From Candidatus Caldarchaeales archaeon (lineage in GTDB: Archaea; Thermoproteota; Nitrososphaeria_A; Caldarchaeales; Calditenuaceae), in assembly GCA_039630085.1 (NCBI GenBank), contig JBCNVM010000007.1:7742-31741 (forward strand): a DNA stretch of 24,000 nt. Direction: 5' to 3'. Both the position numbers and the translations under genes were made by a program. Shown here one piece after another: positions 15,577-24,000 of the stretch (position 1 is the first letter of the stretch; each line of letters opens with the position of its first letter). The notes beneath the pieces are model-generated. The model had not been told where the DNA came from, searched no databases, and saw only the letters and a list, made by a program, of their open reading frames with translations.

Positions 15577-16287
15577 GTGAAAGATTGGACCCTTCCCGTG
15601 GTGGTTCTGAACTTCAAGGCGTACAGGGAGGCGGTGGGAAGCGGCGCAGAGAGGCTCGGTTACGTCGCGGAGACCGTCTCGAGGGAGCTGGGCGTCACGG
15701 TCGCGGTCGCGGTCCAGCCGACCGACGTCTACAGGCTCTCCGGCAGGCTCGGGATTCCCGTCCTGGGACAGCACGTCGATCCCTACGAGGAGGGGAGCTG
15801 GACGGGGCACGTGACCGCGTTCGCGCTGAGGGAGGCTGGGGCAGCGGGGAGCCTCCTGAACCACTCCGAGAGGAGGATAGGGCTCTCCGAGATCGCGGCC
15901 GCGGTCGAGCTCCTCAGGAAGGAGGGCCTGAAGTCGATCGTCTGCGCCGACACGCCGCTGACCAGCAGGGCCGCCGGAGCCCTGAGGCCGGACATGGTCG
16001 CGGTCGAGCCCCCGGAGCTGATAGGGACCGGGATATCGGTCTCGAGGGCGAGGCCGGAGGTCGTCACCGACGCGGTGAAGATGCTGGCCTCCGTCGAGCC
16101 GAGCGTCTCGCTCCTCTGCGGCGCGGGCATCTCGACCCCGGAGGACGTCTACAGGGCGATAGAGCTGGGAACGGTGGGAGTGCTGGTCTCGTCGGCGTTC
16201 GTGAAGTCCAAGGACCCCCAGCAGACCCTAACGGGCTTCTGCGAGGCGGCGCTGAAGGCCTACGAGCGGAGGGTCAGTAGATCCTGA
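15577..16287 (+). CDS. tpiA: Triosephosphate isomerase (archaeal short form)
   Basis: VVVLNFKAY; AVAVQPTDVYRLS; GSLLNHSERRIG; MVAVEPPELIGTG; LLCGAGISTPEDVYRAIELGTVGVLVSSAFVKSKDP. GTG start at 15577 with TATA-like gctttatc about 28 nt upstream. Confidence 0.93.
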   Translation: MKDWTLPVVVLNFKAYREAVGSGAERLGYVAETVSRELGVTVAVAVQPTDVYRLSGRLGIPVLGQHVDPYEEGSWTGHVTAFALREAGAAGSLLNHSERRIGLSEIAAAVELLRKEGLKSIVCADTPLTSRAAGALRPDMVAVEPPELIGTGISVSRARPEVVTDAVKMLASVEPSVSLLCGAGISTPEDVYRAIELGTVGVLVSSAFVKSKDPQQTLTGFCEAALKAYERRVSRS

Positions 16288-16918
16288 TCTCGACCAGCTG
16301 GACCGGGACGTAGGAGCTGCTTGGGACCACCGCGGCCACCCTCTCCTCCACCTCGACCTCCACCTCCTGAATCGCGCCCGGGACCAGCGACTGTCCGAAG
16401 TAGCCGAACTCCTCCCTGTAGGGAGCCAGCCTGACGGCCGAACCGTCGGAGAGGTACGCGGCGATCACCGGCGAGGAGGCGAAGGCGCGGGACGCCTCGG
16501 GGACCGCGATGAGGGCCTCGATCTTGGTGCCGTCGTCGCCCACTGTCAGCCTCACCTCCTCGAGCCTGATTCTCCTTACCTCGAACGTCAGCTCGACGGT
16601 CAGGTCCCTCTCGGCGCGGACCTCCAGCACCACGACCGCGAACCTCGAGTCCGGGAGCTTCACGTAGGAGCTGTACCTCCCGGGGGCCGCGCTGAACCTG
16701 AAGGTCCCGTCCTCCCCGGTCACCCCCCTCTCGAGCCCCAGGACCACCAGAGCGCCCTCGACGGGCCTCGGTCGGCCGTCCTCCACCATCCGGACCCTGA
16801 ACGTCACCTCCCTTGCCAGCGAGAGGCCGAAGCCCTCGCCGATGCTCCCCGACGAGTTGAAGACGGTCAGGAGGAGCATCAGGGCCGCGCCGATCGCGGC
16901 CGCCCCGGCCCACCTCAT
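16274..16918 (-). CDS. Hypothetical secreted/membrane-anchored protein with carboxypeptidase-regulatory/Ig-like beta-sandwich-like region
   Basis: N-terminal hydrophobic segment MRWAGAAAIGAALMLLLTVF, then EGALVVLGLERGVTGEDGTFRFSAAPGRYSSYVKL (CarboxypepD_reg-like). TATA-like gttaaagg about 30 nt upstream. Confidence 0.6.
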   Translation of the reverse strand: MRWAGAAAIGAALMLLLTVFNSSGSIGEGFGLSLAREVTFRVRMVEDGRPRPVEGALVVLGLERGVTGEDGTFRFSAAPGRYSSYVKLPDSRFAVVVLEVRAERDLTVELTFEVRRIRLEEVRLTVGDDGTKIEALIAVPEASRAFASSPVIAAYLSDGSAVRLAPYREEFGYFGQSLVPGAIQEVEVEVEERVAAVVPSSSYVPVQLVEIRIY

Positions 16919-17021
16919 ACCCCGCTCGGGGTCGGGGCTCAGCCTTTAACGTGTCGCCGCGGCCCCCGGCGATCCTAGCGGCGCGGAAACTCAAATCTCC
17001 GGGCATCGAGGTGGATCCGTG

Positions 17022-17732
17022 ATGACGAAGGCCGTCATCCTCGCGGGAGGGTTCGGGAAGAGGCTGAGGCCGCTGACGGACACGCTCCCCAAGCCGCTGC
17101 TGAGGGTCGCGGAGAGGCCGATCATCGAGTGGCAGATCAGGTGGCTCGCCTCCCACGGCATCAAGAGCGTCGTCGTCTGCGCCGGCTACCTCAAGGAGAA
17201 GATGGTCGAGGAGCTGGGGAGCGGCGCTAGGCTCGGGGTGAGGCTGGGCTTCGTCTTCGAGGACGAGCCTCTGGGGACCGCAGGAGCCCTCAAGAACGCC
17301 GAGCACTTCCTCGCCGGAGAGAGGTCCTTCCTGGTCCTGAACGGCGACGTCCTGACCGACCTCGACCCGACGTACGTCCTCTCGGCAGCCGAGCGCTACC
17401 TCGCCTCGATGGCGGTCGTGCCGCTGCCCTCACCGTACGGGATCGTCGACCTCGAGGAGTCGACCGGACGGGTGAAGGGTTTCAGGGAGAAGCCGATGCT
17501 CGGGGAGTACTGGATCAACGCGGGCGTCTATGCGCTCAGGGGCGAGCTGCTGGCGGAGCTTCCGGAGAGCGGCGACCTCGAGAGGGAGGTCTTCCCGAGG
17601 CTAGCAGCGAGGGGACAGCTGGTGGCGATCAGGTACGAGCACTGCTACTGGAAGTCCATAGACTCCCACAAGGACCTGGAGGAGGCCTCGGCTCACTTCA
17701 GGGAGCCTGAGAGGTCCAGGGCCATCACGTAG
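17022..17732 (+). CDS. Sugar-phosphate nucleotidyltransferase (NTP_transferase; glucose/mannose-1-phosphate type)
   Basis: KAVILAGGFGKRLRPLTDTLPKPLLRVAERPIIEWQI; FLVLNGDVLTDLD; GYWINAGVYAL-like segment. ATG 17022 (GTG 17019 alternative). Confidence 0.92.
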   Translation: MTKAVILAGGFGKRLRPLTDTLPKPLLRVAERPIIEWQIRWLASHGIKSVVVCAGYLKEKMVEELGSGARLGVRLGFVFEDEPLGTAGALKNAEHFLAGERSFLVLNGDVLTDLDPTYVLSAAERYLASMAVVPLPSPYGIVDLEESTGRVKGFREKPMLGEYWINAGVYALRGELLAELPESGDLEREVFPRLAARGQLVAIRYEHCYWKSIDSHKDLEEASAHFREPERSRAIT

Positions 17733-18226
17733 GCGTCCTCGCCGTCGAGGTAGTAGTGCTTGATCGTGTCGACGACGGAGAAGCCCAGCGACTCGTACAT
17801 CCTGATCGCGGGGTTGTTGGTGACCCGGACCTCCAGAAAGACCTCGTCGCAGCGGTAGACGTCCCTCATCGCCCTGATCGCCTCCAGCATCAGCGCCCTA
17901 CCTATCCCCCTCCTCCTGTGCTCGGGGAGAACCGCTATCGAGATCACGTGTCCCAGCTTCCTGAACCGGAGCCCTCCGAACTTCGAGAACCCCCTCTCCA
18001 CCCTGCACATGACGTACCCGACTATCCTGCCCTCGAGCTCCGCGACGACGAAGCTCTCGGGATGGGACTTCGCGACGCTGAGGAAGAACGAGTAGGTGTA
18101 GTTCTCGGGCAGGGTCAGCCTGTTGACGTTCATCACGTCCAGCAGGTCCTCCTCCCTGACCGGCCTCAGGACGTACTGCGCGTCCTCGCGCCTAAGCACC
18201 TCCAAGAACGCCAGCCTCCCGACCAC
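17693..18226 (-). CDS. rimI: GNAT-family N-acetyltransferase, ribosomal-protein-alanine acetyltransferase-like (RimI/archaeal NAT)
   Basis: VLRPVREEDLLDVMNVNRLTLPENYTYSFF; ISIAVLPEHRRRGIGRALMLEAI; EVRVTNNPAIRMYESLGFSVVDTIKHYYLDGEDAYVMAL. GTG start at 18226 suggested by the TATA-like cttaag about 20 nt further upstream; the track ORF extends to 18292. Confidence 0.85.
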   Translation of the reverse strand: MVGRLAFLEVLRREDAQYVLRPVREEDLLDVMNVNRLTLPENYTYSFFLSVAKSHPESFVVAELEGRIVGYVMCRVERGFSKFGGLRFRKLGHVISIAVLPEHRRRGIGRALMLEAIRAMRDVYRCDEVFLEVRVTNNPAIRMYESLGFSVVDTIKHYYLDGEDAYVMALDLSGSLK

Positions 18227-18309
18227 GTGAGCCCCCGGACACTTAAGACTTTCCCGGAGACCAATAACTTGATAAGACGGCCATCGGTTCAATCCTCTTA
18301 GGTTCTGCG

Positions 18310-18657
18310 GTGGTGATCTTGTCGTCCTCGGGGGGAGTCTCTCGTCCTAGGAGGTCAACCAAGCAGCCCAAGCCCCAGCCCGCGGCGAAGCGGGAGCCCG
18401 CGAAGGCCCCCGAGGCCGAGCGGGTGGTCGTCGTGGAACTGATGGGGTGGAGGATCGAGCACGAGCTCCTCGACAGCGCAGAGGCCGAGCAGGTCCTCAA
18501 CCGCTACAAGGCTACCCGCAACCAGCTGCCGAAGATCCTGGTCACGGACCCGGTCGTCAGGAAAATGGGCGCTAAGCCCGGCGATATCATAAAAATCACG
18601 AGGACCTCACCTACCGCAGGGTTGACCGTCTACTATAGGGTGGTGGAGGAGGCTTGA
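18310..18657 (+). CDS. rpoH: DNA-directed RNA polymerase subunit H
   Basis: IEHELLDSAEAEQVLNRYKATRNQLPKILVTDPVVRKMGAKPGDIIKITRTSPTAGLTVYYRVV is the RPB5/RpoH core; preceded by a Pro/Lys/Ala-rich extension if the GTG at 18310 is used. Confidence 0.93.
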   Translation: MVILSSSGGVSRPRRSTKQPKPQPAAKREPAKAPEAERVVVVELMGWRIEHELLDSAEAEQVLNRYKATRNQLPKILVTDPVVRKMGAKPGDIIKITRTSPTAGLTVYYRVVEEA

Positions 18658-21600
18658 AGGCCAGGCCATCTCCTGAGTCCCTCACCCACGACGATCTCTG
18701 GGCCGTCGCGAAGGCCATCGTCGAGGAGGAAGGCCTGATCGCGCACCACTTCAGGTCCTACGAGTACTTCGTCAGGGAGGGGCTCGAGAGGCTCCTCAGG
18801 AGCATGAGCCCCCAGGAGATCAAGACGAAGCAGGGCGTCGCGTACCTCTACTTCAGGGAACCCGAGATAGGCCTGCCGACGATAAGGGAGGTCGACGGGT
18901 CGGAGAGGCACTACGTCACGCCCAACGAGTGCAGGCTGAGGAACATCAGCTACACCGCTCCGATCTACGTCAGGGTCACGCTCAAGCTCGACGACCAAGA
19001 GATCGTCAGGAGCGAGAGGGTTCAGATCGGGGTCCTGCCGATCATGGTGAAGTCCTCCGTCTGTCCCCTCAGCAGGATGTCCGAAGAGGAGCTCATCGCG
19101 ATCGGAGAGGACCCCACCGACCCGGGGGGATACTTCATCATCAACGGCTCCGAGAGGGTCATAGTCGCGATCGAGGACCTAGCTCCCAACAAGGTCCTGA
19201 TCACCTCGAAGGAGCAGGACGGAGGAGTCCAGTACTCGGCCGCGGTGATCTCGATCTCCTACGGGAGGCAGAGCAAGGTCGAGGTCACCTACAAGCCCGG
19301 CGGGCCGGTGAGGGTCTTCTTCGCGAAGATCCACAAGGGCATACCGCTGATCGTCATGCTGAGGGCCCTGGGGATGGAGAACGACAGGCAGATCGCGGAG
19401 TTCGTCTCGCCGCTCCCGGAGGTCCAGGAGATGCTTATCGAGAGCTTCAAGGAGGCGGAGGGGATCGAGGACAAGAAGGAGGCCCTGAGGTTCCTGGGGA
19501 ACAGGGTCGCCTTCGGGTACGCGGAGGAGTACAGGATCGAGAGGGCGGAGCAGATGCTCGACAGCAACTTCCTCATCCACCTCGGCACGAACAAGGAGGC
19601 CAGGTTCAAGAAGGCCGTGATGCTCTGCGACGTGGTAGGGAAGCTCCTCGAGACGGCCGCGGGGATCAGGAAGCCGGACGACAAGGACCACTACGCCAAC
19701 AAGAGGCTCAAGCTCGAGTCGCAGCTCCTGACGGAGCTCTACAGGTCCGCCCTCAACAAGCTCATCAGGGACATCAGGTACCAGCTCGAGAGGATACTCG
19801 TAACTAGGCAGCCCATCTCGCTCTCCACGTTCATCAGGCCCGGGATAGTGAACGACGTGGTCCTGACGGCCTTCTCCACGGGCAACTGGCCCGGGGGGAG
19901 GGTGGGAGTCACGCAGATACTCAACAGGACCAACTACCTCGCGACCGTCAGCCACCTGAGGAGGGTCCAGAGCCCTCTGAGCAGGAGCCAGCCCCACTTC
20001 GAGGCCAGGGACCTCCACGGGACCCACTGGGGGAGGATATGTCCAGCCGAGACGCCCGAGGGCGCGAACGCGGGACTGGTCAAGAACTTGGCCCTCGGTG
20101 CAGAGGTCACGGTGCCGCTCCTGAAGGACGAAGAGGAGGGCCTCAGGGAGAGGCTCTGGAAGCTCGGGCTGGTCAGCCTGATGGCGGTCATCGAGAAGAG
20201 GACGGCGGCGAGGAGGAAGGAGCTCAGGACCAAGGTCTACATCAACGACGAGCTGATCGGGTACCACCCTGACGGGAGGAAGCTCGTGAGGGAGCTGAAG
20301 AGGATGAGGAGGAGCGGCGAGGTCAGCCAGTCCGTCAACGTCCTCTTCAGGGAGTACGAACACCTCTCGGAGGTCTACATCTACTCCGACGAGGGAAGGG
20401 TCAGGAGGCCCCTGGTGGTCGTTGAGGACGGCGAGGTCAAGCTCAAGCGGCACATGGCCGAGTCCGTCGCGCAGGGGACGCTGAAGTCGAGGGACCTGAC
20501 AGCGATGGGGGTGATCGAGTACCTCGACGCCAGCGAGGAGGACAACGCCTACACGGCCCTCAGGCCGGAGGACGTCACCAAGTCCCACGACTACCTCGAG
20601 ATAAGCCCGCTGATGATGATGGGCGTCGTGGCCGGGATCATCCCCTTCAGCAACCACAACCAGTCGCCTAGGAACGTCTACGAGGCCTCGATGGCGAAGC
20701 AGGCCCTCGGCCTCCCCGCGATCTCGTATCCGGTCAGGACCGACAGCAGGCTCCACGTGATGATCTACCCGCAGAAGGCCCTCGTCAAGACGAAGGTGAT
20801 GGACCTCCTCGGGCTCGACAGGAGGCCGATAGGTCAGAACTTCGTCGTCGCGGTGCTGACGGGATACGGCTACAACATCGAGGACGCGGTCGTGCTGAAC
20901 AGGTCCGCGATCGAGAGGGGACTCGCGGTCACGATGAGCTACAGGACCTACGAGGTCGAGGCCAGGCAGTACCTCGGCGGCGAGAAGGACAGGGTCGCGG
21001 TGCCGGACCCGAACGTCAGGGGCTACAGGGGCGAGCAGTACTACAGGGTCCTCGACAGGGACGGCCTCGCGGTCCCCGAGTCCGAGGTCACCGACGGCAT
21101 GGTCCTCGTCGGGGTCGTCAGCCCGCCCAGGTTCATGGAGGAGTACGTCAGGACGCCGGCCAGGGAGATGGTCTGGAGGGACGCCTCGGAGGCGGTGAGG
21201 CCCTCAGAGGTCGGGATCGTCGACGAGATATTCGCCTCGAGGACCGTCGAGGGCAACGCGCTCATCAAGCCCAGGGTCAGGGCCCTCTGCTTCCCCGAGA
21301 TCGGCGACAAGTTCGCTTCCAGGCACGGCCAGAAGGGCGTGATCGGGATGGTCTTCCAGCAGGCCGACCTCCCCTACACCGAGAGCGGGATCGTCCCGGA
21401 CCTCATCATCAACCCGCACGCCTTCCCGTCCAGGATGACGGTCGGCCAGCTGATCGAGAGCCTCGCGGGGAAGCTCGCAGCGCTGAGGGGCGAGCCGGTG
21501 GACGGCTCTCCGTTCGTCGGGAAGGGCCTCGAGGAGATCAAGAGGGAGCTGGAGGAGCTGGGGTTCAGGAGCACCGGGACCGAGGTGATGTACGACGGCC

Positions 21601-22040
21601 TCACCGGGAGGCGGTACGAGGTCGAGGTCTTCATAGGCGTCACTTTCTACCAGAGGCTCCACCACCTCGTCAGGGACAAGATCCACGCGAGGTCCAGGGG
21701 CCAGGTCCAGATGCTCACCCGCCAGCCGACCGAGGGCAGGGCGAGGGGAGGGGGCCTGAAGTTCGGGGAGATGGAGAGGGACTGCCTCCTCGCCTACGGC
21801 GCGAGCTACCTGCTCCTCGACAGGCTCCTCGAGCAGTCCGACAAGTACACCGTCTACTTCTGCGAGAAGTGCGGGCTCGCGGCCTACTACGACCTGAAGC
21901 AGGAGAGGCTCGTCTGCCCGATCCACGGGAAGAACCCGCCCGCGAAGCCGGTCACGCTCTCCTACGCCTTCTACCTGCTGCTGAACGAGCTGCTCTCGAT
22001 GGGCATCTACCCGAAGGTCGTCCTGGAGGAGGTGGCCTGA
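18654..22040 (+). CDS. rpoB: DNA-directed RNA polymerase subunit B (unsplit, 1128 aa)
   Basis: TTG start overlapping the rpoH stop; SRSQPHFEARDLHGTHWGRICPAETPEGANAGLVKNLAL; GYGYNIEDAVVLNRSAIERG; GDKFASRHGQKGVIG; HARSRGQVQMLTRQPTEGRARGGGLKFGEMERDCLLAYG; C-terminal zinc-ribbon FCEKCGLAAYYD...VCPIHG. Confidence 0.97.
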   Translation: MKARPSPESLTHDDLWAVAKAIVEEEGLIAHHFRSYEYFVREGLERLLRSMSPQEIKTKQGVAYLYFREPEIGLPTIREVDGSERHYVTPNECRLRNISYTAPIYVRVTLKLDDQEIVRSERVQIGVLPIMVKSSVCPLSRMSEEELIAIGEDPTDPGGYFIINGSERVIVAIEDLAPNKVLITSKEQDGGVQYSAAVISISYGRQSKVEVTYKPGGPVRVFFAKIHKGIPLIVMLRALGMENDRQIAEFVSPLPEVQEMLIESFKEAEGIEDKKEALRFLGNRVAFGYAEEYRIERAEQMLDSNFLIHLGTNKEARFKKAVMLCDVVGKLLETAAGIRKPDDKDHYANKRLKLESQLLTELYRSALNKLIRDIRYQLERILVTRQPISLSTFIRPGIVNDVVLTAFSTGNWPGGRVGVTQILNRTNYLATVSHLRRVQSPLSRSQPHFEARDLHGTHWGRICPAETPEGANAGLVKNLALGAEVTVPLLKDEEEGLRERLWKLGLVSLMAVIEKRTAARRKELRTKVYINDELIGYHPDGRKLVRELKRMRRSGEVSQSVNVLFREYEHLSEVYIYSDEGRVRRPLVVVEDGEVKLKRHMAESVAQGTLKSRDLTAMGVIEYLDASEEDNAYTALRPEDVTKSHDYLEISPLMMMGVVAGIIPFSNHNQSPRNVYEASMAKQALGLPAISYPVRTDSRLHVMIYPQKALVKTKVMDLLGLDRRPIGQNFVVAVLTGYGYNIEDAVVLNRSAIERGLAVTMSYRTYEVEARQYLGGEKDRVAVPDPNVRGYRGEQYYRVLDRDGLAVPESEVTDGMVLVGVVSPPRFMEEYVRTPAREMVWRDASEAVRPSEVGIVDEIFASRTVEGNALIKPRVRALCFPEIGDKFASRHGQKGVIGMVFQQADLPYTESGIVPDLIINPHAFPSRMTVGQLIESLAGKLAALRGEPVDGSPFVGKGLEEIKRELEELGFRSTGTEVMYDGLTGRRYEVEVFIGVTFYQRLHHLVRDKIHARSRGQVQMLTRQPTEGRARGGGLKFGEMERDCLLAYGASYLLLDRLLEQSDKYTVYFCEKCGLAAYYDLKQERLVCPIHGKNPPAKPVTLSYAFYLLLNELLSMGIYPKVVLEEVA

Positions 22041-22041
22041 G

Positions 22042-24000
22042 ATGGTGAAGGGCTCGATAGCAGCGATCAAGTTCGGGCTCCTCTCGCCGGAGATGATCCG
22101 GAGCATGGCCGTCGCTGAGATCTCCAACCCCGAGACCTACGACGAGGACGGTGCCCCGATCGCGACCGGCGTGATGGACCCGAGGCTAGGGACCCTCGAG
22201 CCCGGACAGAGGTGCAAGACCTGCGGGAACACCTACCTTAACTGCCCCGGGCACTTCGGGTACATCGAGCTGGCAGTCCCGGTGATCCACATAGGCTACG
22301 TCAAGGTCATCCACGAGCTCCTCAGGTCGACGTGCAGGTCCTGCGGGAGGCTCCTGCTCTCCGAAGAGCAGATCTCCAAGCTCAAGGCCGAGGTCGAGAG
22401 GCTCAGGGCCGAGAACAGGCAGTACAGGCACGTCTTCTACAGGGCGAAGCAGACCGCGATGTCGGCCAACGTCTGCCCGCACTGCGGCGAGAAGCAGGTC
22501 AAGGTCGAGCTGGAGAAGCCGATGACCTTCTACGAGGCGACAGCGCAGGGGATGGTGAGGCTGACCGCGAACGTCGTCAGGCAGAGGCTCGAGAAGATAC
22601 CAGACGGGGACCTGGAGCTCCTCGACCTGGACCCGAAGAGCGCCCGACCCGAGTGGATGGTCCTGACGGTCCTTCCGGTGCCGCCGGTCTACGTGAGGCC
22701 CTCGATCACCCTCGAGACCGGTTACAGGTCCGAGGACGACCTCACCCACAAGCTCGTCGACATCCTGAGGGTCAACCAGAGGCTGAGGGACGCGATAGCC
22801 TCGGGGGCGCCGTCCCCGGTGATAATCGAGCTGGCCGACCTGCTCCAGTACCACGTCACGACCTACATCAACAACGAGGTCCCGAACCTGGCCCCTGCGC
22901 AGCACAGGTCCGGCAGGATCCTCAAGACGCTGGCCCAGAGGCTCAAGGGGAAGGAGGGGAGGTTCAGGCTCAACCTCTCCGGGAAGAGGGTCGACTTCTC
23001 CGCGAGGACCGTCATCTCGCCGGACCCGAACATCGACATCGACGAGGTCGGAGTCCCGATAGAGGTCGCGATGCAGCTCACGGTCCCCGAGTCCGTGACG
23101 CCCTGGAACAGGGAGAAGCTCAAGCAGCTGGTCAGGAACGGCCCCTACAGTTACCCCGGGGCGAGGTACGTCGTGAGGCCCGACAAGAGGATCATCAGGC
23201 TGAAGTTCGTCCAGGACCTGAACGAGCTCGCGGAGCAGCTAGACGTCGGTTGGGTCGTCGAGAGGCACCTGATGGACGGGGACATAGTGCTCTTCAACAG
23301 GCAGCCCAGCCTCCACAGGATCTCGATCATGGCCCACAGGGTCAAGGTCCTCCCCTTCAAGACCTTCAGGCTGAACCTGATGGTCTGCACGCCCTACAAC
23401 GCCGACTTCGACGGCGACGAGATGAACCTCCACGTCCCGCAGAGCGAGGAGGCCCAAGCCGAGGCCAGACTGCTGCTGCAGGTCCAGAGGAACGTGATCT
23501 CGCCGAGGTACGGAGCACCTATCATCGGCGCCATCAGGGACTTCCTCACCTCCTCCTACCTGCTGACCGCGAAGGCTGAGCTCGACAAGCAGTTCGTCGG
23601 CTCCCTGCTCGCGGCCGCGGGCTACTCCGGACCTCTGCCCCCGCCGAAGGGGTCTGAAGGGAGGTGGAAGGGGTCCCAGGTCTTCAGCCTCCTGCTCCCG
23701 AGGGGCCTCAGCTACGAGGGTCAGGCCGCCTTCAGCCCGGACGACAGGGTTGTCGTTAGGAACGGTGAGCTGGTCGAGGGTTACGCCGACAAGGCGCTGA
23801 TCGGCGTGGAGCGGCCCAACAGCCTCCTCCACAGGATCGCGAGGGACTACGGGCCCGACGAGGTCGCGAGGTTCCTCAACTCCCTGATCAGGCTCGCGAA
23901 CACCTACATCAACCTCAGGGGCTTCACGCTGGGCATCGAGGACCTCACGGTCCCGCCGAGGCTCTACGAGGAGAAGGCCAGGGTGATCGAGCTGATGGAG
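22042..24000 (+). CDS. rpoA1: DNA-directed RNA polymerase subunit A' (partial, runs off window)
   Basis: Translated directly; not in the ORF track. MVKGSIAAIKFGLLSPEMIRSMAVAEI; CKTCGNTYLNCPGHFG zinc motif; RFRLNLSGKRVDFSARTVISPDPNI; FNRQPSLHRISIMAHRVKVLPFKTFRLNLMVCTPYNADFDGDEMNLHVPQS. Confidence 0.97.
   Translation, partial: MVKGSIAAIKFGLLSPEMIRSMAVAEISNPETYDEDGAPIATGVMDPRLGTLEPGQRCKTCGNTYLNCPGHFGYIELAVPVIHIGYVKVIHELLRSTCRSCGRLLLSEEQISKLKAEVERLRAENRQYRHVFYRAKQTAMSANVCPHCGEKQVKVELEKPMTFYEATAQGMVRLTANVVRQRLEKIPDGDLELLDLDPKSARPEWMVLTVLPVPPVYVRPSITLETGYRSEDDLTHKLVDILRVNQRLRDAIASGAPSPVIIELADLLQYHVTTYINNEVPNLAPAQHRSGRILKTLAQRLKGKEGRFRLNLSGKRVDFSARTVISPDPNIDIDEVGVPIEVAMQLTVPESVTPWNREKLKQLVRNGPYSYPGARYVVRPDKRIIRLKFVQDLNELAEQLDVGWVVERHLMDGDIVLFNRQPSLHRISIMAHRVKVLPFKTFRLNLMVCTPYNADFDGDEMNLHVPQSEEAQAEARLLLQVQRNVISPRYGAPIIGAIRDFLTSSYLLTAKAELDKQFVGSLLAAAGYSGPLPPPKGSEGRWKGSQVFSLLLPRGLSYEGQAAFSPDDRVVVRNGELVEGYADKALIGVERPNSLLHRIARDYGPDEVARFLNSLIRLANTYINLRGFTLGIEDLTVPPRLYEEKARVIELME

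Noticed and set aside
16260-17306. 348-aa minus-strand ORF and 15585..16280 (+) 231-aa ORF
   Set aside because: Repetitive Arg/Gly-rich out-of-frame translations overlapping tpiA, the 16274..16918 gene and the nucleotidyltransferase.
19179-20756. 525-aa minus-strand ORF, plus 21204..22127 (-) and 18929..19807 (+)
   Set aside because: Shadow ORFs within rpoB caused by high GC and biased third positions; no recognisable domains.
22332-23579. 415-aa ORF on + strand
   Set aside because: Out-of-frame, Arg/Gly/Ala-rich shadow ORF inside rpoA1, whose true frame (from 22042) contains NADFDGDEMN.
1-24000. CRISPR array, restriction-modification, toxin-antitoxin or other defence system
   Set aside because: No regularly spaced direct repeats, Cas, methyltransferase or recognisable toxin/antitoxin motifs seen on either strand.

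Overview
Archaeal chromosomal window. An unsplit rpoB, the rpoH-rpoB-rpoA1 order, TATA boxes about 26 nt upstream of start codons, and an archaeal-type TIM all point to a TACK-type archaeon; the exact phylum is not resolved. Left third: a BMP-type (nucleoside/purine-like) ABC importer, partial at the window edge; an orphan molybdenum-hydroxylase large subunit; and a divergent cluster carrying homologues of all three E. coli allFGH (fdrA/ylbE/ylbF) products plus a cyclase-family metal hydrolase. The cluster also contains a 51-codon ORF, absent from the supplied track, that overlaps the fdrA stop codon by ATGA and resembles a small domain I associate with fdrA/DUF1116 loci. This set (importer, Mo hydroxylase, cyclase, AllFGH-like carbamoyl-transfer proteins, with no carbamate kinase or allantoinase in the window) is the best candidate for an undescribed archaeal N-compound catabolic system. 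Middle: an AT-rich low-coding island (about 11.99-14.13 kb). It starts with an inverted 24-nt partial copy of a tRNA 3' end and ends at an intact tRNA-Ala(GGC). It holds a HAD-phosphatase gene broken by three same-sign frameshifts at homopolymers. Beside the tRNA is a free-standing LAGLIDADG endonuclease gene with a structured 5' leader. Right third: housekeeping genes tpiA, a sugar nucleotidyltransferase, rimI-like, rpoH, rpoB and partial rpoA1 (rpoA1 is also missing from the track). No CRISPR array or known defence system was seen.
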